Counted from the stretch's first letter, positions 28,205-37,893 are shown. The stretch is DNA of 64,000 nucleotides from Promethearchaeota archaeon (GCA_048938895.1 JBHLLU010000001.1:64001-128000), one strand, 5' to 3'. Numbers and translations: made by a program. Notes: generated by a model from the letters alone, not told the origin.

Positions 28205-29563
28205 TTATAATCTTTCTATTTTTTCTAATTCTTCCCAATCAAAATCTATTTTAATAAATTTTCTCGAATAAAGATATGCAAATATTAATACCAATGAACC
28301 TATAGGACCCCATATTACATAACCAACAGAATAATCTAAACCTAATTTTGGCAGATCTAACAAAATACCTATCACAAATAACCCAAAAGCCTGAAACAAG
28401 TTTAATATAATACTAGGAAATCCCGTATAAATTCCCGCTTTTAACTCACCAGTTATTTTTTCGTCATCTTCAGCAATATCTGCAAAGATAATACTCGGTA
28501 AAAGAAACCACCCGCCCATACACGCTGCTATTCCAAGAATAAATAAAATTCCAAATATAAAGTAAGTCTCCATTCTTATTGCCCCAAATAGGGTAGTTGG
28601 AAGGAATAAAATACCTACTAAAAAGATATATAGAAGACTCTTTTTCTTTCCGATCTTTTGAATTCTCTTCCTCCATAAAAAGATAAAACCTAAAATACCA
28701 ATCACCATCAATCCTGCAACAATATAGTAATCTGTATCTTCAAATTTAAGAACAATTTCAGTATACTGAAGAACTGTTTGTCCAATCATTATAAAGGCAA
28801 TACTGGCTATCCCTTGCATGAGTGTTACCAAAATAAAATTTTTATTTTTAACTATAACCTTCAAATTTTCAATCATATTTGATCTAATCTTAAAATGAGG
28901 CTCAGTAGGGATAACGATCGCTGCTATTAGAAAGAGTTGTGTTGGCAAAATCGAAAATATTATTACAGCAAATAAAAAATCAGAAGGGATTAGTGTTGGC
29001 TCAATTTTGATTTTTTTAACTGTATCTGTTAAAATTATAAAGGAAAATATAGACATACATGCAGAACCTATTAATGCAAAAATGTTATTATATTGAGAAG
29101 CAAAAGGTCTTTCGTCTGATGTAAACTGTTCTGCCATCCATGACCCATAAGGTGTTGTAATACCATAACTAATATTGAATAAGATATTCCATACTAATAA
29201 CCAAATAAAAGTGGAATTTTGACTATTTATATCTATGACTAAATTCGGTAAAAGTAAAAAGAAGAAAGAAAAGCTTAAAAGTGGGCTGAGTAAGATTAAG
29301 AATGGTTTTCTTCTTCCCCATTTAGTATATTTTACGTCACTTATCCAACCAAATAAAAATTGAGATATCGCAATTGTGATCTTTCCTAAAGCCAAAGCAA
29401 TTCCGATAAGAAATGCTGAATCGATATATGCAAGTTTATAAAGTGAAAACAAGGCAAAATCAGCAAATCCTATAACAATTGAAGTCGACATTCTTGGTAG
29501 TCCATATAAAATTGATCTTCCAAGCAAACTGTTTCCTTTTTTATTTAATACACTTTTAACCAT
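28205..29563 (-). CDS. MFS transporter, GPH (MelB-like) family
   Basis: About 12 TM segments; GWISD...TKWGRRKPF motif; ADIAEDDE...G.Y.G motif. Confidence 0.88.
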   Translation of the reverse strand: MVKSVLNKKGNSLLGRSILYGLPRMSTSIVIGFADFALFSLYKLAYIDSAFLIGIALALGKITIAISQFLFGWISDVKYTKWGRRKPFLILLSPLLSFSFFFLLLPNLVIDINSQNSTFIWLLVWNILFNISYGITTPYGSWMAEQFTSDERPFASQYNNIFALIGSACMSIFSFIILTDTVKKIKIEPTLIPSDFLFAVIIFSILPTQLFLIAAIVIPTEPHFKIRSNMIENLKVIVKNKNFILVTLMQGIASIAFIMIGQTVLQYTEIVLKFEDTDYYIVAGLMVIGILGFIFLWRKRIQKIGKKKSLLYIFLVGILFLPTTLFGAIRMETYFIFGILFILGIAACMGGWFLLPSIIFADIAEDDEKITGELKAGIYTGFPSIILNLFQAFGLFVIGILLDLPKLGLDYSVGYVIWGPIGSLVLIFAYLYSRKFIKIDFDWEELEKIERL

Positions 29564-29576
29564 AACTATCCCTTGA

Positions 29577-30266
29577 TTATTCTAATGCCTTTTTTATAGC
29601 AGCTCTTGCAAGCATCCTGGTCGAATCCAAGACTGGTAAAGGACAATTATTTGGATCAATCAGTAATGGAATTTCAGTACAACCCAGAACCACGGCATCA
29701 CAACTCTTATCTTTTAGTTTTTGAATTACCTTGTTGATGTACAACCTTGATTTTTCTGAAAACTTTCCATTGACAAGTTCTTCAAATATCAAATTATTTA
29801 TCCTATCTTGATCCATCTCTTCAGGAATTTCATAAGTAATTCTATATTTTTTAAGAGCATCAGGATATATTGAAGAAGCCATGAGATATTTTGTTCCCAA
29901 AATTCCCAAATGCCTAAATTTTCTCTGCTTGGCGCCTTCACCTACTACTTCTGCAATATGCAACCAAGGGATAGGAGATTTAGAAATCATTAGTTTAAAT
30001 GCTTGATGAATTGTATTATCAGGGCAAATTGCAAAATCAGCACCTGCCCTTGCCACAATTTCGGTAGAAGTAAGCATCAATTCCGCTACTTTTTCCCAAT
30101 TTCCATCCCATATATATTGCATATAATCCGAAAAAGGTGGGGTGTGCATCGTTATTTCAGGATGCCTATATTTAAACAGTTTCTCTTGAGCTTCAATACA
30201 GATTGTAGTATAGCATAAAGCTGCTCCCTCAGCACTACAAGCAACAATACCAATATGTTTAACCAA
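29577..30266 (-). CDS. Aspartate/glutamate racemase family protein
   Basis: GADFAICPDNTIH, PWLHIAE, LGILGT, LGCTEIPL and DSTRMLA motifs. TTG start after AGGTG. Confidence 0.88.
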   Translation of the reverse strand: MVKHIGIVACSAEGAALCYTTICIEAQEKLFKYRHPEITMHTPPFSDYMQYIWDGNWEKVAELMLTSTEIVARAGADFAICPDNTIHQAFKLMISKSPIPWLHIAEVVGEGAKQRKFRHLGILGTKYLMASSIYPDALKKYRITYEIPEEMDQDRINNLIFEELVNGKFSEKSRLYINKVIQKLKDKSCDAVVLGCTEIPLLIDPNNCPLPVLDSTRMLARAAIKKALE

Positions 30267-30300
30267 ATTTTACACCTTCTATTATTATATTAAATTTTTT

Positions 30301-31104
30301 TTATAAACCCAATATTTTCCTTGCCTTTAAGGGATCTGCCACCTCTCTCCGTACATGCTTACAAATATCAACATAATTCTTTACAATTTCAGCGTTATTT
30401 CTAGCAGGTTCTCCTTTTTTGATAAATGGGTAATCTTCGGTACCTACTCTTATATTTCCCCCATGAGTAAGGACAAACACCAATAGTTTCATTTGATCCT
30501 CTCCTAATACACTTACAGTATGAACACTATCAGTGGGTATAAATTTTTTTCTATACATATATTCTTGATAATTTGGAGGACTCCATAATCCTCCTGGCCA
30601 ATTAAATAACAAAGTTAAGATGTGTGGTTTTGACCATTCCAATAAACCGCTTTTAATTAAATAATCTAAATTCCAAGAAGAACCTGTATGCCATAGTTCC
30701 CATTCAGGCTTAATATTTGCTTCTTTAAGCTTCATACAATATTCTTCTAATTCCTTTATTGGATGCAAAACTTCAATTATAGTTTTATCATAATGTTCAG
30801 AGTGATGATTTAACATTACAGACATCATATCAGGTTTGGCTTCAAAATCTCCTTTTCGTTGACTAATTGTTTCCCTTGACATACCTGCTTGAATAATAAT
30901 ATCACATCTTTCTCGAATTTTTTTAATAGTTTCAACTTCTTCTCCGCGAGGTAAGTGAACGTGAGCAACAGACGCCCCTGCTTCATAGCATTCTACAACA
31001 TCATCAACCAATTGTTCAGTCTTATTCGCCCAGTTTTTCAATTCAGGATACACTAAAGAATTCGCTGTAGTCACTGTTATGATTATTTTTTGATTATCTT
31101 TCAT
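30301..31104 (-). CDS. BKACE (DUF849) beta-keto acid cleavage enzyme family protein
   Basis: CYEAGASVAHVH (HxH Zn ligands), IKPEWE and GGNIRVGTED motifs. Confidence 0.88.
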   Translation of the reverse strand: MKDNQKIIITVTTANSLVYPELKNWANKTEQLVDDVVECYEAGASVAHVHLPRGEEVETIKKIRERCDIIIQAGMSRETISQRKGDFEAKPDMMSVMLNHHSEHYDKTIIEVLHPIKELEEYCMKLKEANIKPEWELWHTGSSWNLDYLIKSGLLEWSKPHILTLLFNWPGGLWSPPNYQEYMYRKKFIPTDSVHTVSVLGEDQMKLLVFVLTHGGNIRVGTEDYPFIKKGEPARNNAEIVKNYVDICKHVRREVADPLKARKILGL

Positions 31105-31226
31105 AATTTAATAAATTCTTATGATATCTTCTATTATATAAACTTTATATTTGACAATCTTGGTCATGGCCTTTTCACACCAAATCCCCAATTAATAACC
31201 AGCATTATAATTGAATTTCTTCAGAA

Positions 31227-32414
31227 TTAAACGTATTCTATAGTTGCTGGCGGCTTTTCTGTAACATCGAAATATACGTTTTTTGTTATAGGATTTTTAA
31301 GTAGTTCTGATTTTAAAGTATCTAATAATTCAATCGGCAAATTGGTAACAGATGCAGTTCTCGCATCTTTACTATTAATAGACCTAATTATAACGTCTAA
31401 TTTGCCTAAAGGATTATTTCCTAACTCAAATAAAACTCTTGCAAATCCTTTTATATTAGATCCTTTCTCTATAAGTCTATTATAATTCCATTCTCCTCTT
31501 TCAATTAAAGGGAATTGATAAGTTCTACTTCCCTCAAATAAGCCAGTTACCTTTTGATTGCTAATATCTGCACTCACTGCCGCAAAGACTTGGAATGGTT
31601 CTTGTTCACCATTATCGTTAATTATCATGATTTTTCCATAACTTTCTTTATAAAAATCCTCCACATGAGATTCTACAAGATCATGGACTTTTTTCTCAAA
31701 CTCTAAATTTTCTTCTGAAACTGGACCGATTATTCTTGCGGCTAGAGCTGGGCCTGGAAAAGCTTTCCTGAAAACAAGGTCGTCTGGCATTTCAAGATAA
31801 CTAAGTACTTCTCTGACCTCATGTTTAGTAAGACTTGCTACAGGTTGGATTGTTGCCTTAACATCATATTCGATTTCTACATTATGTTGGCTTTTTACAA
31901 ATCCAGTAATATTTTTATTTTTTAAGGTAAGTTCTTCCTCAAGTGACATTGTTTCTTTTAAATCAGTAATTTTAACTCCAAAACTCTCTTCAATATCTGG
32001 GAGGATTGTTCCATCTGCGAGAAGATCACACTTTTCCTCCTTAATTACTTTACTAATGGTCTCTGAATATGCATCTTTAAATAAATGTCTTTTTTTCTCA
32101 GCATCCCCTTCACCGATTATCTTAGGAAGAAATTGATTTCGGATATCTAAAACCATAACATCCGGGAATAATTTTTTTATATATTCTCTCTCTTCAACAC
32201 CTCTGATTATTCTCATAAGCCCATGGTCAATAAACACTGGGATTGTATTGATTTTTGCTTCCTTAAGTAGAAGATATGTAGCAGAACTATCTATTCCTCC
32301 AGACAGAGCACAAAAGACTTTCTTACTATTTGCATGTTTTTGCAGGAATTCAATTGCTGCTTTTACAAACTTCTTAGGTCTTTTTGGTGGATTGATTAAT
32401 CTATGGTTTAACAT
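31227..32414 (-). CDS. guaAB: GMP synthase ATP-pyrophosphatase subunit (subunit B)
   Basis: PP-loop ALSGGIDS, DHGLMR, GTILPD..ES, KSQHNV, FPGPALAAR and C-terminal DVTEKPPATIEY. No glutaminase domain. Confidence 0.88.
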   Translation of the reverse strand: MLNHRLINPPKRPKKFVKAAIEFLQKHANSKKVFCALSGGIDSSATYLLLKEAKINTIPVFIDHGLMRIIRGVEEREYIKKLFPDVMVLDIRNQFLPKIIGEGDAEKKRHLFKDAYSETISKVIKEEKCDLLADGTILPDIEESFGVKITDLKETMSLEEELTLKNKNITGFVKSQHNVEIEYDVKATIQPVASLTKHEVREVLSYLEMPDDLVFRKAFPGPALAARIIGPVSEENLEFEKKVHDLVESHVEDFYKESYGKIMIINDNGEQEPFQVFAAVSADISNQKVTGLFEGSRTYQFPLIERGEWNYNRLIEKGSNIKGFARVLFELGNNPLGKLDVIIRSINSKDARTASVTNLPIELLDTLKSELLKNPITKNVYFDVTEKPPATIEYV

Positions 32415-32472
32415 AGAAATTAGTAATCCATTTCTAAAAAAAAAGTTAGTTATTAATTAGTTATGAAAAGTA

Positions 32473-32967
32473 TTAGTTTTGGATAAATTCTTCTAGTTGA
32501 ACAAAAATCCCATCGGGATCCAAAGCTGTAGCAATTTTAATTAGATCTCTTCCTGGATTTTCAGGGGTTAAGTCTGCAATTTGAGGAGGACTAATAAATT
32601 CAACACCTTTGGATTTCAGTTCCTGGTACATTTTATCTAAATCGTCAACTTCGAGAGAGATCCGAGTAATCCCAACATTGTTTATTCTATCATAAGGTTT
32701 TCCAGTTGAGGGTGGTTTTGTCCATTGAAGCAGATCAAGCACTGTAGCATTTTTATCATAACCCCATCGGATAAGCCAACCTTTATATTCTGCTGTATCA
32801 CCCAATCCAAGAGCAATTCCGACTCCATCACTCTCAGTTTTTCTTTTAAGAATAGCTGTCTTTTCTCTATTTCCAAGTAAATGTCCTCCTAATAGATCAA
32901 CATAGAATTCTAAAGATTTTTCTAGGTTTGAGCAAACTACATTAAAATGTATGATCCTCTTTATCAT
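32473..32967 (-). CDS. VOC / glyoxalase family protein
   Basis: HFNVVCSNLEKSLEFY.DLLG, VDDLDKMYQELKSKGVEF and DPDGIFVQLEE motifs. Confidence 0.88.
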   Translation of the reverse strand: MIKRIIHFNVVCSNLEKSLEFYVDLLGGHLLGNREKTAILKRKTESDGVGIALGLGDTAEYKGWLIRWGYDKNATVLDLLQWTKPPSTGKPYDRINNVGITRISLEVDDLDKMYQELKSKGVEFISPPQIADLTPENPGRDLIKIATALDPDGIFVQLEEFIQN

Positions 32968-33128
32968 TTTATATTCTTATCTTTGATTTTCTTTTAATTT
33001 TCATATAGAACTCAATGAAATAAAATGGATTATTAAGTGGTTGTGATTTATGAATTATTTATCTTAATTTAAAGGAATTTAATATTTATAAGGCAAAGAA
33101 ATAATTGCTTGATAACTGTTTAACAATT

Positions 33129-33986
33129 ATGGAAAGTATTAGAAAAGTAAAAGTATCTCTTAAAAGTAGACCCACTTTTGAAGGTGCTGGTGTTCGATTA
33201 AAGCGAGCTTTTGGATATGTTGATCCATCACTTGATCCCTTTTTACTACTTGATGACTTTCATTCAGACAATATCAATGATTATATCAAGGGATTTCCAT
33301 GGCACCCTCATCGTGGTATTGAAACTATAACATATATGCTACACGGCAATATTGAACATGGTGATAGTTTAGGTAATGGAGGAGTGATCCATGCTGGTGA
33401 TGTGCAGTGGATGACGGCAGGGTCAGGAATTATTCATCAAGAAATGCCTAAAAGTGACCCTGATGATACCCTGCTCTGGGGGTTCCAATTGTGGGCGAAT
33501 TTACCATCTTCACACAAAATGATGGATCCTAGATACCGAGAACTAAAAAATGATGAGATCCCCGAAATTTCTTTAAATGGTGGCAACGTAAAAGTCAAGA
33601 TAATCTGTGGTGAAATTAATGGAACATTAGGCCCAGTACAAGATATAATTACTGAACCAGAATATTTAGACATCACGATCAACCCAAATTCTGAATTTCT
33701 ACATCATATAAAGAACGAACATAACGTTTTTGCTTATATAATAGAGGGGGAAGGATTTTTCGATGAAGTTAAAACAGAATTAATCGGAAAAGAAACACTC
33801 ATTATTTTCCGAGAAGGAGATTCAGTAAAAATAAGCACAAAAAATCAAAAGGTACGGTTTTTATTAATCTCTGGAAAGCCTTTAAAAGAACCAGTTGCTT
33901 GGCGTGGACCCATTGTAATGAATACTGAAGAAGAACTCAGTATTGCTTTTAATGAATATCAGAATGGTACCTTTATTAAGCACTGA
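33129..33986 (+). CDS. Pirin family protein
   Basis: EGAGV, DPFLLLDDF, HPHRGIETITY, QWMTAGSGIIHQEMP and GPIVMN motifs. ATG at 33129 (ORF track start TTG 33105). Confidence 0.93.
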   Translation: MESIRKVKVSLKSRPTFEGAGVRLKRAFGYVDPSLDPFLLLDDFHSDNINDYIKGFPWHPHRGIETITYMLHGNIEHGDSLGNGGVIHAGDVQWMTAGSGIIHQEMPKSDPDDTLLWGFQLWANLPSSHKMMDPRYRELKNDEIPEISLNGGNVKVKIICGEINGTLGPVQDIITEPEYLDITINPNSEFLHHIKNEHNVFAYIIEGEGFFDEVKTELIGKETLIIFREGDSVKISTKNQKVRFLLISGKPLKEPVAWRGPIVMNTEEELSIAFNEYQNGTFIKH

Positions 33987-34086
33987 TAGAGGTCTTAGAA
34001 GCTTCCAAGAAGGTTAAAGTTTTTTATTTGTATAATTTTAAATGATCAAATTTTTATCAATTAATCAAAATCATTCAGGTGAATAC

Positions 34087-34359
34087 ATGGTGGATGAAGA
34101 AATTTCCTCAGAATTGAAAGAAATAATCCAGGAAAATGTGGATAAAGTCTTTGGAAAGTGGCTTGAAAAAGTTTCTAAGGGTGAATCAATAGAAGGAGTA
34201 GTGAAAGCTCTTATAGTTGAAAAAGTAATGAATATTTTAGGTGCCTTAATTAAAAGAACAGTAGTGAAAAAAGTAGCTAAAAAATTGGTTAAAAGAAGAG
34301 TGGATAAATTCTGGGAAAAAAACAGAGATATGATACTTGAGAAAATCAAAACTTTATAA
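34087..34359 (+). CDS. Small helical hypothetical protein
   Basis: 90 aa from the ATG at 34087, which follows an AGGTGA RBS; Lys/Glu/Val-rich and amphipathic. Confidence 0.65.
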   Translation: MVDEEISSELKEIIQENVDKVFGKWLEKVSKGESIEGVVKALIVEKVMNILGALIKRTVVKKVAKKLVKRRVDKFWEKNRDMILEKIKTL

Positions 34360-34447
34360 AACTATATTTAGTAAATTTATTTTTTGAACAAGATTTACTC
34401 TATTTAAATTAAAAAATATACTTTTTTTCATCTGTAGGTGATAATAT

Positions 34448-35305
34448 ATCTCAGGAAATGATTTCAGAATATTCGATGCCCATTTACACACTTACGGTGT
34501 TTTCTTAAATCCTTATGAGGATCTAATTAGTTATATGGATCATTACAATGTTGAAAAAGCAATTATCACAACAATAAATAGAACCAGATATTACGATAAA
34601 CAGAAAGAATATCTATCTACAAATAATGAAAAAGATAATGTCACTAAATTTATGGATGATTTTAAGTCATTGATGAATACTGGGCAACTTGATCACTCTG
34701 ACGTTAAAGACATCACTAAAAAGGCACCAGATCGTTTCTATAAATTCTTTTGGTTTAATCCAAATATGGATCCAGAAGAAGAAGAGAATGATTTTAAGAT
34801 TTTAGAAGAACATTTCAAAGAAGGATTTTGCGGCGTAAAAATCCACTCTGGTTTTCACGCAATTAGAGTCCCTAAAGATATTGAGAAATTAATTTCTTTT
34901 ATGCAAGAGTATAATAAAGATTTTATCTTCTATATCCACTCTCTCCCCAAAACTTCGTTTTTTGGTGGAGTGTCTACAAGAGATATTGCTAAATTGGCTG
35001 AAAAATACCCTAAATTAAGAATTATCGTAGGTCATGCGGCTAATACAATGTCTTACTCCGTTGATGTCAGTATGACATTAAGAAGTTATCAAAATATTTA
35101 TTTTGAGACCTCTTGTTCAGTTTCTTTCGGTATCTATAATTTAATCAAGACCATAGGTCATAATAAAATCTTGTTTGGATCAGATTCACCAACAGCTTCA
35201 CCATTAGGACTTGAAATCGATAAGATTCTCTCCCTTCCAAGGATTTCACATGAGGTAAAACAAGATATATTTTATAATAATGTGAAGCATCTTCTAAAAA
35301 TTTAG
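34448..35305 (+). CDS. Amidohydrolase-2 family metal-dependent hydrolase
   Basis: GVKIH, IHS, IVGH, YFETS, ILFGSDSP and NNVKHL motifs. The N-terminal IFDAHLH metal motif is in frame at 34469-34489, upstream of the first ATG (34535); putative ATC start at 34448. Confidence 0.85.
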   Translation: MSGNDFRIFDAHLHTYGVFLNPYEDLISYMDHYNVEKAIITTINRTRYYDKQKEYLSTNNEKDNVTKFMDDFKSLMNTGQLDHSDVKDITKKAPDRFYKFFWFNPNMDPEEEENDFKILEEHFKEGFCGVKIHSGFHAIRVPKDIEKLISFMQEYNKDFIFYIHSLPKTSFFGGVSTRDIAKLAEKYPKLRIIVGHAANTMSYSVDVSMTLRSYQNIYFETSCSVSFGIYNLIKTIGHNKILFGSDSPTASPLGLEIDKILSLPRISHEVKQDIFYNNVKHLLKI

Positions 35306-35580
35306 GTTAATAAATTTCTTATATTATTATTAGCAAGATAATACTAATTTTCAAAATTGTATTAGTTATTTGCCATCAGTTAATCTATTAATAAGAAATC
35401 CTCTTAATATTTATTGTTGTCTTTCTTTATTATTAACCATTCAATTTTTTATCAACTTATTATTAAATTTTGAAATATATCGTTGTACCAATCATTTATT
35501 TCTATTTTAATAATAAATCAATTAAAAGAGAAATCCTATTTTATCTTAATTATTAAGTATAAAATTCATAGGATGATTAA

Positions 35581-36150
35581 GTGAGTTATTTAAGGGATAA
35601 TAAAGTCTGGGAAGAAGAAGAGGATCTGAACTGGGATGTTATAGAAATTTCGAAAGTTAACGACAAAATTATTAGATATTTACTTGATAGCTTAAAATTG
35701 GATACACCTGATTTATCCGAAAATTTTTTCATTGCATTTGAGAGTTTGTTAAAAATTGGTAAGAAAGCTCGAAATGTCTTAAATTCTTATATTAACGAAA
35801 CTAATGAAATTCATAATTTCAAAGTTGATATTTTTAACTTTTTGCTTGATTTTATCAATGATAATTATACAGAATATCTATTAGTTCCACACTTATATGC
35901 CCCAGATTTTATTACAAGAGCTCGTACTGTATTTAAAATTCAACAAGCAAAGGATAAGAATTACCTAAAATTTATTCTACCATTGTTAAAAGATCCTGAT
36001 GATTCAGTTCGTTATGCCATTTTAAGATTATTAGATGCGTTAAATCTGGTAACCTATCCTTTAGTCTGTAATGAATTGAAATGTTTTATAGAAAATGAAT
36101 CAAATCCCATAATAAAAGAGAAATGTAAAGAACTTATTAAAAGTTCATAA
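35581..36150 (+). CDS. HEAT-repeat domain protein
   Basis: LPLLKDPDDSVRYAILRLL and ENESNPIIKEKC HEAT-like motifs. GTG start after AGGATGA. Confidence 0.7.
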   Translation: MSYLRDNKVWEEEEDLNWDVIEISKVNDKIIRYLLDSLKLDTPDLSENFFIAFESLLKIGKKARNVLNSYINETNEIHNFKVDIFNFLLDFINDNYTEYLLVPHLYAPDFITRARTVFKIQQAKDKNYLKFILPLLKDPDDSVRYAILRLLDALNLVTYPLVCNELKCFIENESNPIIKEKCKELIKSS

Positions 36151-36374
36151 CGTCTTTTAAGAGTTTATTTAAAGGTTTGAGAATTAAACTCAAAACCAAC
36201 CTAAAAAAATATCTAATAATATTTGTCCTACTAACTTAAACAAAAAAAAATTCAGATTATATTTATAAGAATCTATTTCCATTAAAATTATAATTATCAC
36301 TCGGTATATTAATATAAAAATATATTAGATCGACCAATAATTAATATATTTAATTATAATAAGGAATTATAATA

Positions 36375-36905
36375 ATGTCTCATTACGATTACACTTTCAA
36401 GATCTTACTACTTGGAGATGCATCCGTTGGAAAAACGTCCTTCACTAAACGATACTGTTACAATATATTCAATCCAAGTGAAAGATTAACAATTGGTGTT
36501 GACTTTCATGTAAAAACAATTGAATTAAATGATATTAAAATAAAACTTCAGATTTGGGACGTCGGTGGAGAAGAAAGGTTTAGGTTCCTCTTGCCAACTT
36601 ATTGTTTGGGTGCAAATGCAGCATTTTTACTTTATGACATAACTAGACCATCAACATTAGATAACATTTCAGAATGGATGACTATTGTAAGACAGAAGGG
36701 TGGACTTATACCAATAATGCTTGTAGGTTCGAAAATCGATCTTTCAGATAGTTCTCGACAAGTTCCACGAGAATATGGCATTCAAATCGCGGAAAAAAAT
36801 AATATGGCAAGTTTTGTTGAAATTTCAGCTAAAGAGAACATAAACGTCAACGAAGCGTTTAAGGTTCTTACAGAATTGACACTAGAAAAGACAAATAATG
36901 GGTGA
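36375..36905 (+). CDS. Rab-like small GTPase (Ras superfamily; eukaryotic signature protein)
   Basis: G1 GDASVGKTS; RabF1 IGVDF; RabF2 KLQIW; G3 DVGGE; RFR; YDIT; G4 SKID; G5 SAK. No C-terminal prenylation Cys. Confidence 0.93.
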   Translation: MSHYDYTFKILLLGDASVGKTSFTKRYCYNIFNPSERLTIGVDFHVKTIELNDIKIKLQIWDVGGEERFRFLLPTYCLGANAAFLLYDITRPSTLDNISEWMTIVRQKGGLIPIMLVGSKIDLSDSSRQVPREYGIQIAEKNNMASFVEISAKENINVNEAFKVLTELTLEKTNNG

Positions 36906-36909
36906 TATA

Positions 36910-37872
36910 ATGGAAGATACCAAATATTTATCTCTGAGCCAATTGTTTGATTCAATTGGTGTTATTGAAAAAGGGATTGAAAGGATTTATCATTATCTCC
37001 TCATAAATAAACGAATCGACAATCTAAAGGAAGTATGTAATGAGTTTAATCTCTCTTTAAAACGAGGGTATAAAATATGTTCTGTGCTCAGTGATTTAGA
37101 ACTTGTTCAGATCTATGATAGACCAATGAAAATCCATCTTGCGAATCCAATCTTGGGTTTATGGCAAAATTTAGTCAACAAAAGAATCGAAAACCTTCAG
37201 AATGAATTTGATGAAAAAAGAGATAAATGTGAAACATCACTAGAAGCATTCATAAACAATTTTAACTTAGATGCTCATGTCGCTCAGGAACCAGTTGAGT
37301 TTGTTAACTATGATGTGAAAAATTTCGATGAAAGTTATTATTCCTTGTTAGCTGAAAAAGAATGTAAAATAGCTATAGGTATTAGATATCACAATCCTTT
37401 GATCGATTTAATCCAAAACTATGGATTTACTCGAATCCCTGAAGATATAAGCATAGCTATGAAGATAGGAATGACAAGGATTAAAGAGAATCTTGACAAT
37501 ATCGAGGTTCAAGTAATTTTCCATTCTGAAGTGATAAAGGATTTAATAAACAGTGAAGAATTTAAACTTCTTACGAAACATGTAGATCCTTTGAATATTA
37601 AATTTAAAGACCTTAAAATTCATGTTACAGAGGAAAATTTTAGTAATTTTAGCCTAACTGATAGTGAACTGATTCAACCAAGTTTTGATCCGTCAAATAT
37701 TTTAATTGGGGCATATATCTCTCGAAATAAAAATATTTATTCAATTTTCGATACAAAATTTAATGAAATCTTTAAAACAGGAATTCCGATTGAAGATTTT
37801 CTGCAAAAAGATAAAAACTTGCACTTGGATTCGATTACAGACACACAATCCTTTGTCCTATGTGTTTTGTAA
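36910..37872 (+). CDS. Putative TrmB-like transcriptional regulator
   Basis: N-terminal wHTH-like segment (IYHYLL...GYKICSVLSDLELVQIYDRPMK...NP), a coiled coil, then an effector-like domain. ATG at 36910 follows GGTGA. Confidence 0.55.
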   Translation: MEDTKYLSLSQLFDSIGVIEKGIERIYHYLLINKRIDNLKEVCNEFNLSLKRGYKICSVLSDLELVQIYDRPMKIHLANPILGLWQNLVNKRIENLQNEFDEKRDKCETSLEAFINNFNLDAHVAQEPVEFVNYDVKNFDESYYSLLAEKECKIAIGIRYHNPLIDLIQNYGFTRIPEDISIAMKIGMTRIKENLDNIEVQVIFHSEVIKDLINSEEFKLLTKHVDPLNIKFKDLKIHVTEENFSNFSLTDSELIQPSFDPSNILIGAYISRNKNIYSIFDTKFNEIFKTGIPIEDFLQKDKNLHLDSITDTQSFVLCVL

Positions 37873-37893
37873 AAATTTAAAGAATAAAATTGA

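Noticed and set aside
36172-36360. Palindromes upstream of the GTPase (GGTTTGAG...CTCAAAACC; TATATTAATATA)
   Set aside because: Imperfect or purely AT palindromes are expected by chance in such AT-rich spacers.
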